A stretch of 63,948 nucleotides of DNA, filler included, from Globobulimina sp. (GCA_003354225.1; 21 parts of 21 records of this genome joined end to end with filler, not necessarily neighbours in it), one strand, 5' to 3'. Positions 12,209-25,284 are shown, counted from the whole stretch's first letter. A program made the numbers and translations. The notes: generated by a model from the letters alone, not told the origin.

Positions 12209-13180
12209 ACATTAACATTGGACTCATCCACACCGATCAGACTGCAAAATCAAGGATTTTATAAGGAAGTTATTGTGACCAGAGACGAATTTGAAAACCA
12301 TATGGGAACAAAAGAATTATTAAATTCCGCAATGCATACTGCAAAAATGGCGCTTTTGGACGACAGGTTTCAAGATCAAAAGACTAAGCAAAGTAATATT
12401 AGAGCTGTTAAGTTATTTTATTTTATGTTATGTTATATGTTATATGTTATATTTTATTGATAGATATTACTGATTGGAGGATCGAGTAAGATGCCAATTG
12501 TTGGCGAACGATTAAACAAAGAATTTGTGGATAAATATGAGAATGCGATACGGCTAATAATACCGGATGAAGACCCTCAATTAATGGTAGTTAAAGGTGG
12601 TGCAGTTATTGGTGGTTCTATGGCTTATTTGGATAATTCCGATAAGAATTTTATCCGAGAAATGTCAGAAATTGTGCCAATTAATGTGACTGATGTATTG
12701 CCGATGAGTTTAGGCTTTGAAGTATGTGTTGTTGATTATGGCCAAGCAAATGGTCAAAGATGTCATGTGATGGATATATTAATACCAAAAAATAGTAGAT
12801 ATCCAACGAAAGGGAATGGTATATATTGTCAGAAGGACGCCAGAGGAACTACTGCAACATTGAATTTGTATGAAGGAGATAGTGAGAATACGAACGATAA
12901 CGTGTTTTTGACTAATTTGGAGATATTAAATGTACCTGAAAGAAATTCGAATGTTTGTAAAAATATATTGGTTGAATTGAGTGTTGATAGTGATGGAATT
13001 TGTAAAATTGATGCAAAAACTATCGATAAAGATGGCGAAAGTAAGGAGTATACAAAAGAATTACCAATTAAATCAAACGATGGTTCGTTGAGTGAGCAAC
13101 AAATAAAAGATTTAAGGCAACAAATCTTACCTTGGTTTTCTATTCAATTCCAAAATGTAATAATTAAAGCGTTTGAATGA
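12209..13180 (+). CDS. Divergent Hsp70-family protein, C-terminal part (one intron)
   Basis: VTRDEFE, ILLIGGSSKMP, DVLPMSLGFEV, LIPKNSRYPT, LYEGD, VDSDGI; stops before the helical lid. Confidence 0.85.
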
Positions 13181-13287
13181 TGTACATTGAAAGTTGACAA
13201 TGTACCAAGTTTTTTCACGAAGATTCAAGATCGTTTTCAATATTTTTAGATAATTAATATAAAGTCCGTAAAAATATACAAATAGTG

Positions 13288-15159
13288 TTATAAATTAACA
13301 GTCATAGCAGCACCAGTGTACGTAACACTTTTATCAGGATTTTGTGTAACATTTACACCAACTCCATGGCCTTGTGACACAAGCACAATATTTAACTTTA
13401 TGGAAGCAACCATACCATCATAGTTACCTTGTCTTGCGCCAATTGTTAATTCTTTTTTTGCATCACTCCATTCAAACAATATGGTGGTAAATTCATGATT
13501 TTCCAAAGACAATCTATCTTTCCCATCGTCATTAAAATATATAAAACTCGCATCCGCGCCGCCATACAATCTGACTTCCAGTTCATTCCATGGATAATTT
13601 TGATTCGCCCATTGACTCATTGGCCCCAACAATAAAACACTGCCTTCATGGACAAACAGCGGAATCTCTATCAACGGAATAACAACGTTTTCCATATAGC
13701 TACCACCATTCACAGTGTTTCCATTCCAGAAATTATACCATTTGCTATACTTTGATGGGATATAAATATTGGTTGTATTATCGTAATTAAATACTGGCGA
13801 CACCAAAATATATGGACCGAACATAAACTGCGTAGATTTATTAAATACATTGGGATCGTCATAAAAATCAAACACCAACGATCGCTGTAACGTATATCCA
13901 TAATCTGTAATATAATATGCATTCGAATACGTATACGGCAACAATCTATACCGTAAATTATCGATTAATTCAACATCTTGCAATACCACAGGACCATAGT
14001 TCCAAAATGCGGTATTTACCGCATTGCCATGCACCCGAAAGATGGGCGTAAAAGCACCAAATTGAAACCAACGAATTAAAAGTTGTAAATACCACCAACA
14101 TTGATAATTGCATGAGGGTCGAAAAAATCCACCAATGTCCTGCGACCAATATGGATTTCCTGCCGCTTGCGTTGAGAGTGAGGCTGTGATTTGTCGTCGA
14201 AAAGTATCGTAATTTGCGGTTGTATCGCCACTCCAAACAGCTCCGCCGGTTTTGGACTGGCCAGCAAACGTTGAACGGGTTAAATCAAAGGGTCTTTTAT
14301 GTGGTTGATCCTTGTTTAATCCTTCCTGGATTGCTTGGATAACCTGCAACGAATATGGACCAAACAAGGCATTGCCTGAATATTTACTATTATCATATAA
14401 TTGATTATATTCAGGAAAGTTCTCCGGCTCAGTCGCATCACTCCATATTGCATCCACGCCAATATCAAACATTGTGTTTTTAATACATGCATAATAATCT
14501 CTTTGTGCTTGGGCGTTATAGGGATCCCACCATGGTTCAGCTGCATGCGCTGTGCCGGGGATAATCTCAATATTCTTTGTTGCTGTTTCTTGAGCTTGCA
14601 AATATTTTAAACACGTCGCATTTCTTCCAAACTATATACAGATAACAAAACAAAAGTGTTTTCAATATGAATTTAATTATTTTGTAAAACATAACTTTGC
14701 TCCATACTGAAACCATAAAATAGAAAGACATATTATGTAATTGTTCGACCATTCCTTTAGGATCTGGATATTGCGCTGGATTCCATCTTTTGTTTTTAGC
14801 ATTTTATACAATAAAAAAGATATTAATATAAGAATTAACTGTGGTCCCCAATTTTGATCATCTCCCCAATAATGCCAATCTTGTACAATTCCATCGACCG
14901 CCAATTGTTTCTCTCGATACGCAGTCGCATCGTCTAATACTTCTTGCTGTGTTTTATATCTTTGCTTACATTGCCAAAAACCATAACATGCGAGTTCGTA
15001 TAACGGGGCTGCTTCAGTCAACAATCGATATCCTCCAATAACACCATCCAAACTCGCCTGCTTCACCGGGGATTTATATTTATTCCCCGGTGCATAAATG
15101 AAATAATAATCGACATAAAATGCCTCATTTGCTTCAATATCAATATAATTTTGTGGCTC
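13288..15159 (-). CDS. Glycoside hydrolase family 31 (alpha-xylosidase/glucosidase-like), multi-exon, 5' truncated
   Basis: IVQDWHYW, WSDATEPE nucleophile, WSGDT, WSQDIGGF, RWFQFGAFTPIFRVHG, LRYRLLPYTYS. Confidence 0.92.
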
Positions 15160-15259
15160 NNNNNNNNNNNNNNNNNNNNNNNNNNNNNNNNNNNNNNNNN
15201 NNNTTAATTAATTAANNNNNNNNNNNNNNNNNNNNNNNNNNNNNNNNNNNNNNNNNNNN

Positions 15260-17788
15260 GGGTACACCAAATAGACCATTATAAAAATAACTACATTCGG
15301 TGAAATTAATAGGATTTATGTCTGACTGTGTCGGGGTTGGTGTCAACGCCCGATACGACGTGCATTCCTCCATCACCTCCACGCGCTGTGTCGTGATCTG
15401 ACAGATTTGAGTGGGAATCTCTGTTATTTTCCATAGATACTGTTCCTGACAATAATCATCGTGATATTCTGAGATAACATATCCATTCCCATTCTCATTG
15501 CATTTAATAAACTTCGACTCATTGTAATTGTCCATAAAACATTCATCTATGATGGATTCCGACACTACAAAGTGATTCTCGTCCTGCTGACAGCCCGGCG
15601 TGTCGTAGGTCTTTATCTTTACATAATCAACACACACATACTCCGATTCGCAATTATAATCTGTAATTTGTAGCGTTAGATCTCGGACAACGTCAGCTTG
15701 TCCGGTACAAATCTCTGTGTCTCGCCACCATTTCTGGATCACACCCACAATGTCACCATTACTGCCAGCCTTGCATTCATATTTATAGCTCCATTGCACC
15801 TCGCCATATGGTGCGATATTGCAGACATCAATCCGTCGCGCATTGCCATTGAAATTAACCCATCGGCAATCTAATGCGCGATGTGGTGTTGAGGGCGGAG
15901 CGCTGATTATTGCCGAAGTGGGCTCTGCTGTGGGAGCTGATGTATCCGGTAACAAATCTGGAGACCAAGTCGCATTCATCCACGTGGGACAAAAGATGAT
16001 CTCTCGATACTCGTCATCCCATAGACAAACATCTGCGATCTCGTATTCATTTGACACAAACCTGGAGGTTTCCGCACAATCGCTGCCTGTGTATAATGTG
16101 GTTGTATAGGAGTACTCCGTGCATGTTACTTTGGAGAATGTATCGTATTTATTTGGCCAACATTCGTCGATAATTATATAGTCCGTCATGTAGAAATCTT
16201 CTGTTTTATTTGCACAGCTTGCGTTTGTATAATGTTTGGCCACTAATACACTGTTGTAATGATCGTGAATGTCGTAACAGGAATGTATAGAATCACAATG
16301 AAACTGCTCAATATCTGTTTGTGCTGCAATGCGTTCTAATTTATGCTGCCGACAGCCTTTATTCTTGAAAGTGTATTTATCAATGCCTGTGTGTTGCGCA
16401 TTGCATTTGTATTTGTAAGAATAGTGTTTGCCAGCAATGGTTTCATCGCCACAAATGTCCAATGGTACGCCATGACCGATGTGTTTATCAATAAAGTAGT
16501 TACAATCAATAATGGCAGAAGTGGTGCTGTTGTAAGATACATTATTTATGCCGTCACACCATATCATATGAGTCAATTTATCATTAAAACAATCGATTTC
16601 GTGGACTGCTTTTGCTTCCCCTTGACCTGAACAGTGCGGATTGTCAAAGAATTCCACTGTGAAATATCCGTTTTCGCGCTGATTGTCATTGTTGTTACAT
16701 TCAAATATGCAAAAATTGCCATCTTTATCTTGCAAACAATGACCGACAATAAAATCATGGATAGTATATTCAGTCATAACGTCGAGATCTGAGCTAAATG
16801 TTTGTAAGTTGGTGGAAGAACAGCCGCCGTCCACTTCATATATTTTCAATTGCATATAATCCGAGGCACTGCATTCTGTTGTTTCGCATTGAAAATTAAT
16901 TACATTTTCAGTCGAGACTGGAGCGGAAAACAACAGCTCGTTGTCACAGTTGCCCGTATTATAATAATTATAATTTACTACATCTCCACTCTCACTGCAA
17001 TTGAATTTGTATGAGTACAGTTCAGAGTTAATCACATTTCGATGGCAAATATCTATCCGATGTCCAGTGCCATCGTAATTTATATATTTGCAATTATGCG
17101 CTGGTATGACAGGGACCGGTGTTGTCGTAAAAAAGTGTGTTGGTTCTTGATAACAGTATAAAACCTGCATGCAATCATGATTCGCAATTATTTCTACATC
17201 GATTGTGTTGTTATCCTGGCACACTGTTCCTGTTTTTGTTTTGAGTGTTTTTATGAAAACAGACTTTTGTATAAAGTAATAAAATAAAAACAGACCAGAA
17301 TATGTTGTAATGGAATATGAATGCGAGCTGCAAGAGATATACTGCGATGTTTGTGATTCATGATTGGCTAAACACGTATTTGTAATTAGATTATAGTCAC
17401 GATATGGAATATGGGTGTTATTTGCTGTGCTGTTTGGTAAACATTCGTAGGTTCGATAAATCATATAAAATTCTGACGGACAGATTGTTTTCGCAATGTT
17501 GCAATTGAAGTCATCTTCAATTGTTAAAGCAAATAAAACTTGTGTAATAGAAGGGGTTGATTCATTGCACTCTGATGATTGTGTAAAGTGTCGATGTTGC
17601 AATCCGGTTCCTTCATCATTACATTCAATAGTATATGAACTAGGATTAGAATTAAATTCGTCGTTTTTAAAGTCTTGTTGACACACATTCAATGCAATGT
17701 ATTCTCCGGCAAGATATGCCCAGTCACAATCTGGCACCGATGCACATAATTGCAATAATCCAAAGAATAAGAAGAAGAGCGTTGACAT
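15260..17788 (-). CDS. Secreted/surface cysteine-rich repeat protein (3' truncated)
   Basis: Signal peptide; at least 4 repeats of about 200 aa (C.Y...P.D.C...SYKYKC) separated by PT linkers. Confidence 0.8.
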
Positions 17789-18506
17789 GTTTTTTTACGG
17801 AAACAGTTTGTGTTATTTGAACGTGCCTTCAAAACTCTAAGAAATCAAGATGTTGTGTCACAAAAAATAAACTGTGTCACAGAAAAGAATTTTAAGACTT
17901 CTTGAAGTGAGCTAGTGACAACTAAAGTACGTGCAAGGGTAAACAACATAATTTATAACTAATAAGCTTTATGCGTAGCCAACCAATTAGTGGCTTTTAA
18001 CAGATCCCAATTCCATTTTTTTAAGGCAAACACAATCTTCTCCCGATCCAAAAAGCCCATTTCTCCAATCTGTCTGATTTTTTTTTCTCTTTTATCACTT
18101 GGGTGCCGAAATCTGAGATATCATAGGCATATTACGGTTTATTGTGATAAAATATCGGTTGAATATTTTCGTTTATTCGGAATATGGGACTGATAGATAC
18201 CCAAAAACCANNNNNNNNNNNNNNNNNNNNNNNNNNNNNNNNNNNNNNNNNNNNTTAATTAATTAANNNNNNNNNNNNNNNNNNNNNNNNNNNNNNNNNN
18301 NNNNNNNNNNGCAGGTGGACTGTTATGTTTATTGCAAGTTCGCCTTAGCCAACTTGCAATAAATATGGAAATTTAATTAAAATAACAAATAAAAAGTATA
18401 TAAATTATTTCAACCAATAAATATTTGCATGCAACCAATAAAAAACTTCAATGCAAACAATCAAATTACAAAAATCAACTTAACACTCATGTTGTTGTGT
18501 TTTTTC

Positions 18507-19601
18507 TCATATAGTTGCTTGACAGCCAAAATATTCACTTGGTAGGACAACATCAACTGTAATTGCAACTCTTTTCCTGCCTTTTACATCATCAACACCA
18601 ATGTTTGGTGCAGCGTGTGGTCCACCAGATCCTTGCCACACGAATGTTTCGTCTAACTTCTGATTAGACAGGTACCAGAATTTATGATTTGGATCAAATG
18701 TTACACTTGAACGTAGATTACTCATCTCAGCTTTGTTTCTGGCAGAAAGACTTTGGTGTTCCAAAAAGAATAATGGAATGTTAACAACTGTATCAACCGG
18801 CCACCATAATCTAAAAACCTCCCAATCACATGGAGCTAAATCTGTATGAACACCTGTTTCGTCCAATCCTTTTTTGGATATTAAAGTAATGCGAACTTCA
18901 GCTTCACTATCATAGATACCTTTGTCCATAGGTTTGACTAGATTTGGAATCTTTTGTTGACGAGGTTCAAACCAACGCCAAAAAAATTTCTTTATTATTG
19001 AGTACACTTCCATTCGTTTTACAGGATCCTCTTCACCCTGTTCGTAATATATTATGTTTCTTGCTACTATACTTTGTATTTCCTGTATCAATTTTTCTGT
19101 CTCATCAGAAGATAAGTAACTAGACCAAGAAAAGAAATCAAATCCAGTTTTGTCAAGACCAAGTGCTTTTTTATGTTCTTCATCTGTAAGTTGTCTCAAA
19201 TCCAAAGCAGAGATTGTATGATATTCTGGAGGTCCATATGAGATTGGTATATTCTGGAGATCCATTGCTTGATTGTTTCCTTTTGGCAGTTTGCGTGTTG
19301 TTGGATCCAATTTAAATGTCTTGACAGCATAATTTGTAAAACATTTTAGTATTTTAAAGCCACTGATTGCACAATAAGCTGCAGTTCCAAATATAACTTC
19401 GTTTATTGTTTGCACACCAAGGGTTTCATGCATTGATGCACACATACAATCATCTCTTAAATGACCACCTTTTGTATCTAATTTGACTAAATGGCCACCA
19501 GCTAATCTGCGAGGTTGAACGCTAGCTGAAACATTCTCTCCATAGTAGCAGATTGCGGTAAACATTGTTAGATAAACTATCAACTGCATTTGACGTGACA
19601 T
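18507..19601 (-). CDS. AsaB/CmcJ/NvfI-like Fe(II)/2-oxoglutarate oxygenase with signal peptide
   Basis: GFDF, VHTD (HxD), RLWWPV..PL, PNHKFWYLSNQKLDE, PHAA, terminal RVAITVDV match the family pattern. Confidence 0.6.
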   Translation of the reverse strand: MSRQMQLIVYLTMFTAICYYGENVSASVQPRRLAGGHLVKLDTKGGHLRDDCMCASMHETLGVQTINEVIFGTAAYCAISGFKILKCFTNYAVKTFKLDPTTRKLPKGNNQAMDLQNIPISYGPPEYHTISALDLRQLTDEEHKKALGLDKTGFDFFSWSSYLSSDETEKLIQEIQSIVARNIIYYEQGEEDPVKRMEVYSIIKKFFWRWFEPRQQKIPNLVKPMDKGIYDSEAEVRITLISKKGLDETGVHTDLAPCDWEVFRLWWPVDTVVNIPLFFLEHQSLSARNKAEMSNLRSSVTFDPNHKFWYLSNQKLDETFVWQGSGGPHAAPNIGVDDVKGRKRVAITVDVVLPSEYFGCQATI

Positions 19602-19809
19602 GGTTTGTATGATGATGGGAATTTAGAATTGAACTTTAAAGATTCGGTGATTTGATTGTTTGTGTGTTTTATTGTAATGAAAATTGTGCGAACCGCCGGT
19701 AATTAGCGGGGAATGATATGTAGCTGCTATGATAATTGATTTCGTCACGTTTTCGTGCGTTATCTATAAAAAATAAGGTAAGGTTATATCTATAATTAGA
19801 AAGTAATGT

Positions 19810-20286
19810 ATAAAAACTATAAATAAGATTATGCGGGAACGGAACTTTAAATGAATACTAAGTCTGTCCAGAGTATCAACCATTTGTTCATGTTGATGTG
19901 TATTGTTACCATTATTATTTGCGAAATCTGCTCGTATAATAATAATCATATCGATATCATAGTCGAAATAGAAAACATGTCTCAGACGCTGTGCCATCGT
20001 TTTCCGATCCATTTGAATTATTAATATTGTTTTTATTGTTCGCTGTAGATTTATTATCCTTTGTGTCATCATCCTGTTCGTGTCCATAAATTGGTGTTAT
20101 TTTATCTTTAGTGACTGCGCCCTGACACACTGGGCATGTAAATTGACGATCTAACCATCGATACAAACAACTCCAACAAAATAAATGTCCACATTGGGTT
20201 ACAACCGGTTTTTTCAATGTATCCAAGCAGATTTTGCATATCCATTTTGAATCGTTTGCGTCATTTTTGAGAGCAGTAGCAGCCAT
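19810..20286 (-). CDS. RING E3 ligase, RNF5/RNF185-like
   Basis: CKICLDTLKKPVVTQCGHLFCWSCLYRWL...CPVCQ..VTKDKITPIYG; probable second exon with C-terminal TM (3' end approximate). Confidence 0.85.
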
Positions 20287-21916
20287 TCGATAAGCAAAAA
20301 CTTCAGAGTAAAACTTTCAGAAACATTTGATAACATGAAATAATTTTACCACTATGTTTGCGCTTTGTTTGGTTGCGAAACTCGATTATAGCACATAGTA
20401 ATTCCACCACAGAGACACATTCCAAACGACAATGACATAAATTGCCAAATTAATAGACCATATAATGAGACTGTCGTATTATTGATACTGTCAAATTATA
20501 GCACCAAACGCCGTATTATATGGAATTTATTGAGAGAGAAAGTGCCGGCATCGAACCTTGATGATGCCGTATTTACTTGTTTGATTTGTGTGTATTTTTT
20601 CTTTGTGTGTATTTTTATCTTAACTGTGTATTTTTATCTTAACTGAGTATAAATTTTATTTAATTATTTATTTTATATTTGTTCGTCTTTGAAGTGTATA
20701 CTTGCTCCACTATGCGGATCTGCTGTTTGAAAACTGCGCCGCCAAACCACTGCAAATTTGAGTGACTGCGCCTCCAAGATGGTTCCGCAAAACATACCAA
20801 AAAATCCACATTGTTGATCCTCAAAATATGCGCCCAAATAATGATCATTCCGGTCGTGAACACGACTCAATCCAATATATAAACTTTTCATACTCAAATT
20901 TTTAATTTTCAAACATGTCTGTGAAGGATTATCTTTCCAATTTCAAAAGAAAAGTGTTTCAAACATGTTCTATTCTAAAGTATATAAATTATTTCATTAA
21001 AATAACAAATATTTGCATGCAACCAATAAAAAACAGAATTTAAATGGGATTGATTATTTGAAAAAATTGCACCAAATTAGTAAATACTCAAGAAAACCAG
21101 ATAAAAACAAACATTATTTTTTAAGAATTAAGATCTAGAGTTAGGAGCTAAAACTTCAATGCAAACAATCAAATTACAAAAATCAACTTAACACTCATGT
21201 TGTTGTGTTTTTTCTCATATACAGTAGTGTTCCCGATAAGAGGTACGCATATTAGTACTAANNNNNNNNNNNNNNNNNNNNNNNNNNNNNNNNNNNNNNN
21301 NNNNNTTAATTAATTAANNNNNNNNNNNNNNNNNNNNNNNNNNNNNNNNNNNNNNNNNNNNAAAAAAAAAAAAGTTCCTTTAAACTTCTTTATATTTTTA
21401 CATAAAGTACTTCACTAACATACATGAAAGGAATTAGCAATATGAATTTGCCTGCTTATTTTTTGGCAAAGATAACAGCCATTCAATTTTGAAGTTTTTG
21501 AGTTAGTACTTACTTTCAGTTTTTTATTTTTATCTTTGCACTCGCAGTCGCAGAGTGTTTTCCCCAAGGGTTCCAGGGTCTTGTACCCTCTTAAGTTATA
21601 GTTTGTATTGGTAACGTTTCTATAGAAATGACGAATAATTAAAGCGGTGACTTATGTCTCAGTTGCTTATTGCCAAAGGTATCAATTTTATTCCACTCAA
21701 ACTCAAACATTCAGCATAGGTCGCTATGTACACACATATCCATAGTTGCGAAATCCCGCAAAACCCAGGATTTAACTGTATACATGGAATTGGATCTATT
21801 CGCAATGGTCACTACAAATGGATACAAATTAACAATTACAAGAAATATTCATGTATTATTTTAAAAATAAATTTAAAACGCGAGAATGTTATAAAATATA
21901 CAATGTGAATAATTTA

Positions 21917-22333
21917 TTAATACGAAGAATTTACTACATCTAATAATTTTATTTGATACTGATGGTCCTTCACTTCATTTATTGCGATTTTATTTTTTTT
22001 TATTTCCAATTTTTTATGTTTCGAATTTTCCGGATCCGATGGAATCAAAATGTGAGGGACTTGAATACGATATTTTGGTAATAGCTCATCAGATTCATCA
22101 TCATTATCATTATCAAAATAATCAGAGTCTGTATTTGATGAAGACAATGAATCCCATTTAGATTCACATAGAGCGCAATGAAAATTTTTGATGCTATTAA
22201 AAAAATTACAATGTTGACACTTCCATTTATTCGAACAGAAAATGCATTTTGCCGGACTCAATGCTTTATTGTTTCGAAAATCACATTCTTTGCAAATCCA
22301 ATGTTTCTTCGATACGTTTCGATTTCCACTCAT
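21917..22333 (-). CDS. RanBP2-type zinc-finger protein (first exon)
   Basis: WICKECDFRN...CIFC and WKCQHCNFFN...CALC. Confidence 0.65.
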   Translation of the reverse strand: MSGNRNVSKKHWICKECDFRNNKALSPAKCIFCSNKWKCQHCNFFNSIKNFHCALCESKWDSLSSSNTDSDYFDNDNDDESDELLPKYRIQVPHILIPSDPENSKHKKLEIKKNKIAINEVKDHQYQIKLLDVVNSSY

Positions 22334-22430
22334 TGTTAAAAAAAAAGACTGATTAATTTATTTAATGAGCGGGATCGTTGTGGCTAGAAATTAAAGTTTT
22401 GTGGGTTTACTAAAAAAAGTCACTAACCAA

Positions 22431-24023
22431 ATGAGGTGGTACCTGCCATATTATTCAAACTTATCACTCTTACAATATATCCTGTTATTTGGTTCAATAT
22501 TTTTATGGCTTGGCATATATACACCATTCCTCCTTTACAATTTTCACGAATATTACAAACAAAGAAACCACGTGATTTATAGAGCTCGTTATGCAAAAAT
22601 AACAACCTATCAGACAGTATTTGTAATAACAAAAATAATATTCGATTGTTTCGACAATTCAGTCTACGTATTATTGAAAACAAAGCAGCCCTCATTATTT
22701 ATAGAAATATTAAATTGCTGTAATACATTATTAGCATATTTAGTGATATATTCGTGGACGTGGAGAATATGGATGATATCGTATGGCATCATCTGGACAA
22801 ATTGTACCATGAATCATGAATGGAAATGTATAATAAATAATGCCTATTTATATCAAGGAGGCGGCGCCGCAAATAGCATATATACAATGTCTAATAAACG
22901 CAGAAAATGGTATATTGCCAATAAAACAAGATATGGTAATTACGAGTGGGTGAAATGGAGATTTTTATGGCTTGTTATTTTATCTGTTTTTATCAATGCA
23001 TTTTGCAATTTTTATTCTGTTTTATATTTTGACGGACAATTTTTATTCTGTTTTATGGTTCAATTTATTGGTTTACTTCCAATGATTGTACCATATGCTT
23101 TTTTAATTATTATTTATTGCATGACACCAAAATATGAAGGTGATAATTTCTATATTTTTGCAGAAATAAAGTATATTGTTTTTTGTTTATTTATCAATTT
23201 CGTCGCATATTGTGGTTATCTGTTATTTTTTGCGTTATATAAACCAGAAATGGATACAATTATTGCACGGATTGTGACATTGTTATCCTTTCATATCGGT
23301 GTTTTATCGCAGTTTATCGGCTTATTAATCAGCACAATGTGGGTCAATAAGAAAGTATCTTCGATTGTAACTAATTCGCGGTATAAAGAGAAAGAGATCT
23401 ATGACGATAATATTGCAGATAAATTAATAACTGTAGACCCAGAATATGAGAGTATAAATACTGTGCTGTATGCAGCTGCACAAAAACTCAAAATAAATGA
23501 TGTCATATCACATGAATTGTCATTGCAATTATTTATAAATCATTTATCGAGTGAATTTTGCCTCGAATGTATTTTATCATTGATTGAATTCTTACAGTTT
23601 CAGAAATATGTCTCGCAACAAATTAATTATAACAACGATGACAATAAGAATAAGAATAAATTGTTATTATGTGACATTATAATATTCCATGACTCAATAC
23701 CAAGATCGCAAATTGTTTATAAAATGGTGGATGATAATGATTTAACAGTAAAAGCATTGGAATTATATGAAAAATATATTAAATATGAATCCGAATATGA
23801 GATCAATATTTCCTTTAATGCTAGAAAACAAATTACAAATTTTATGCACATTTTAGAGAAAAATGGTGGTTGTAACTATAATATGCCAGAAATAGCATTG
23901 ATGAATATATTCAATGAATGTTGCATACAAATGATGAATTTGATGAAGGACTCATTCAATAGATTTAAATCAACTGCGCCATACCGACAAATTGTAAATA
24001 GTTTGAATGGCACAAAAGATTGA
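22431..24023 (+). CDS. 7TM-RGS protein
   Basis: About seven hydrophobic segments followed by an RGS domain (FINHLSSEFCLECIL, LYEKYI..SEYEINIS, MKDSFNRFK). Confidence 0.88.
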   Translation: MRWYLPYYSNLSLLQYILLFGSIFLWLGIYTPFLLYNFHEYYKQRNHVIYRARYAKITTYQTVFVITKIIFDCFDNSVYVLLKTKQPSLFIEILNCCNTLLAYLVIYSWTWRIWMISYGIIWTNCTMNHEWKCIINNAYLYQGGGAANSIYTMSNKRRKWYIANKTRYGNYEWVKWRFLWLVILSVFINAFCNFYSVLYFDGQFLFCFMVQFIGLLPMIVPYAFLIIIYCMTPKYEGDNFYIFAEIKYIVFCLFINFVAYCGYLLFFALYKPEMDTIIARIVTLLSFHIGVLSQFIGLLISTMWVNKKVSSIVTNSRYKEKEIYDDNIADKLITVDPEYESINTVLYAAAQKLKINDVISHELSLQLFINHLSSEFCLECILSLIEFLQFQKYVSQQINYNNDDNKNKNKLLLCDIIIFHDSIPRSQIVYKMVDDNDLTVKALELYEKYIKYESEYEINISFNARKQITNFMHILEKNGGCNYNMPEIALMNIFNECCIQMMNLMKDSFNRFKSTAPYRQIVNSLNGTKD

Positions 24024-24412
24024 CTCGATCTCTTTGTATCTTAAAAAAGTTTCAATTTATCAGTCTAAATACGTGTACACCGCTTTTGACACTTGCCGAC
24101 ATCGTCACAAACCATCAACTTTTGAGAATATTAAAGTGTCACACGGGATCATATATTCAATAATGCACAATATCACGCCAGGATTTGAACTTAGACTACA
24201 TTACATAAAAGCAGTGCTGAGTGCTCTACCAATAAATATTGAGCTACGTGACATTTGTGTAAAAAACAAACCGAAAACGTTCACAGAAAATGAACAATGC
24301 TGTCAGGAAAAGNNNNNNNNNNNNNNNNNNNNNNNNNNNNNNNNNNNNNNNNNNNNTTAATTAATTAANNNNNNNNNNNNNNNNNNNNNNNNNNNNNNNN
24401 NNNNNNNNNNNN

Positions 24413-25279
24413 GACATCTCAAAAGCAGGGAAATAGGAATCCTCAAACATGTACGGACTGACAATTGCATTGAAATTGTGTCGGGTGGTCCCATTATGAT
24501 CGTTCTCCAACGAATAAGCATCAAAGTGTTTCAGTGTTGTGATGGCTAAATAATGGTTGGCGTCATAATAGGCACTGTCTTTGCTGCCGTTTTGTAAGCC
24601 CAACGTATAATGTTTGCCATAGAAACCATTCCATATTGGATCCTCAGAGGGCACTTCATACATTCTGCCCCATCGAGGATCACGCCCGAGATTTACTGTC
24701 GGGCTCCAACAATCCAATCCTTATATTCATTGTTTTTATGAAAGATATAACGTAGAAAGTATGATATAAGATACCTAAATGTGGTAGATTCGATGCATGA
24801 TTTTCTCCCATGCCTTCTAACCACAATGCTCTTAATTCTAAACCAATGGCAACAGAGATATTTTGAATTAATGTTTTATTGAACGAAGCTCCCAAAGCGT
24901 TTGGATTTGGAAATGTTGTGGAACACTTACTACCGCATCGGGATTGTGCACTATGTATGCAGTTAGTACCCTTTTTTTATCATTGTGTTTAGGTACATGT
25001 TACGTTAAAGTATATGATAATTATAGTTCATACCCAATCATATTCAGGAATGCCTAAACGAGGAATGAAATTCAATGGTGACTCACGCGCAGTTAATAAT
25101 AATGCCTTTTCATCCAATGTTAATAACGAGATGAGGTTATTTACACGGTTATCGATCGATAATTTTGTGTTGCAGAAATCATAACTGTTGAAATTCTTTG
25201 AGCATGCAACAGGGATTGTATCTCCATTTGCGCCGTATAATAGAAACACGGAGAAAAGGAACATTGCAGAAGGTATCAT
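24413..25279 (-). CDS. Glycoside hydrolase family 3 beta-xylosidase (5' part, multi-exon)
   Basis: Signal peptide, FCNTKLSIDNRVNNLISLLTLDEK, IPRLGIPEYDW, WSPTVNLGRDPRWGR..E, KHFDAYSLE. Confidence 0.92.
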
Positions 25280-25284
25280 GTTGA

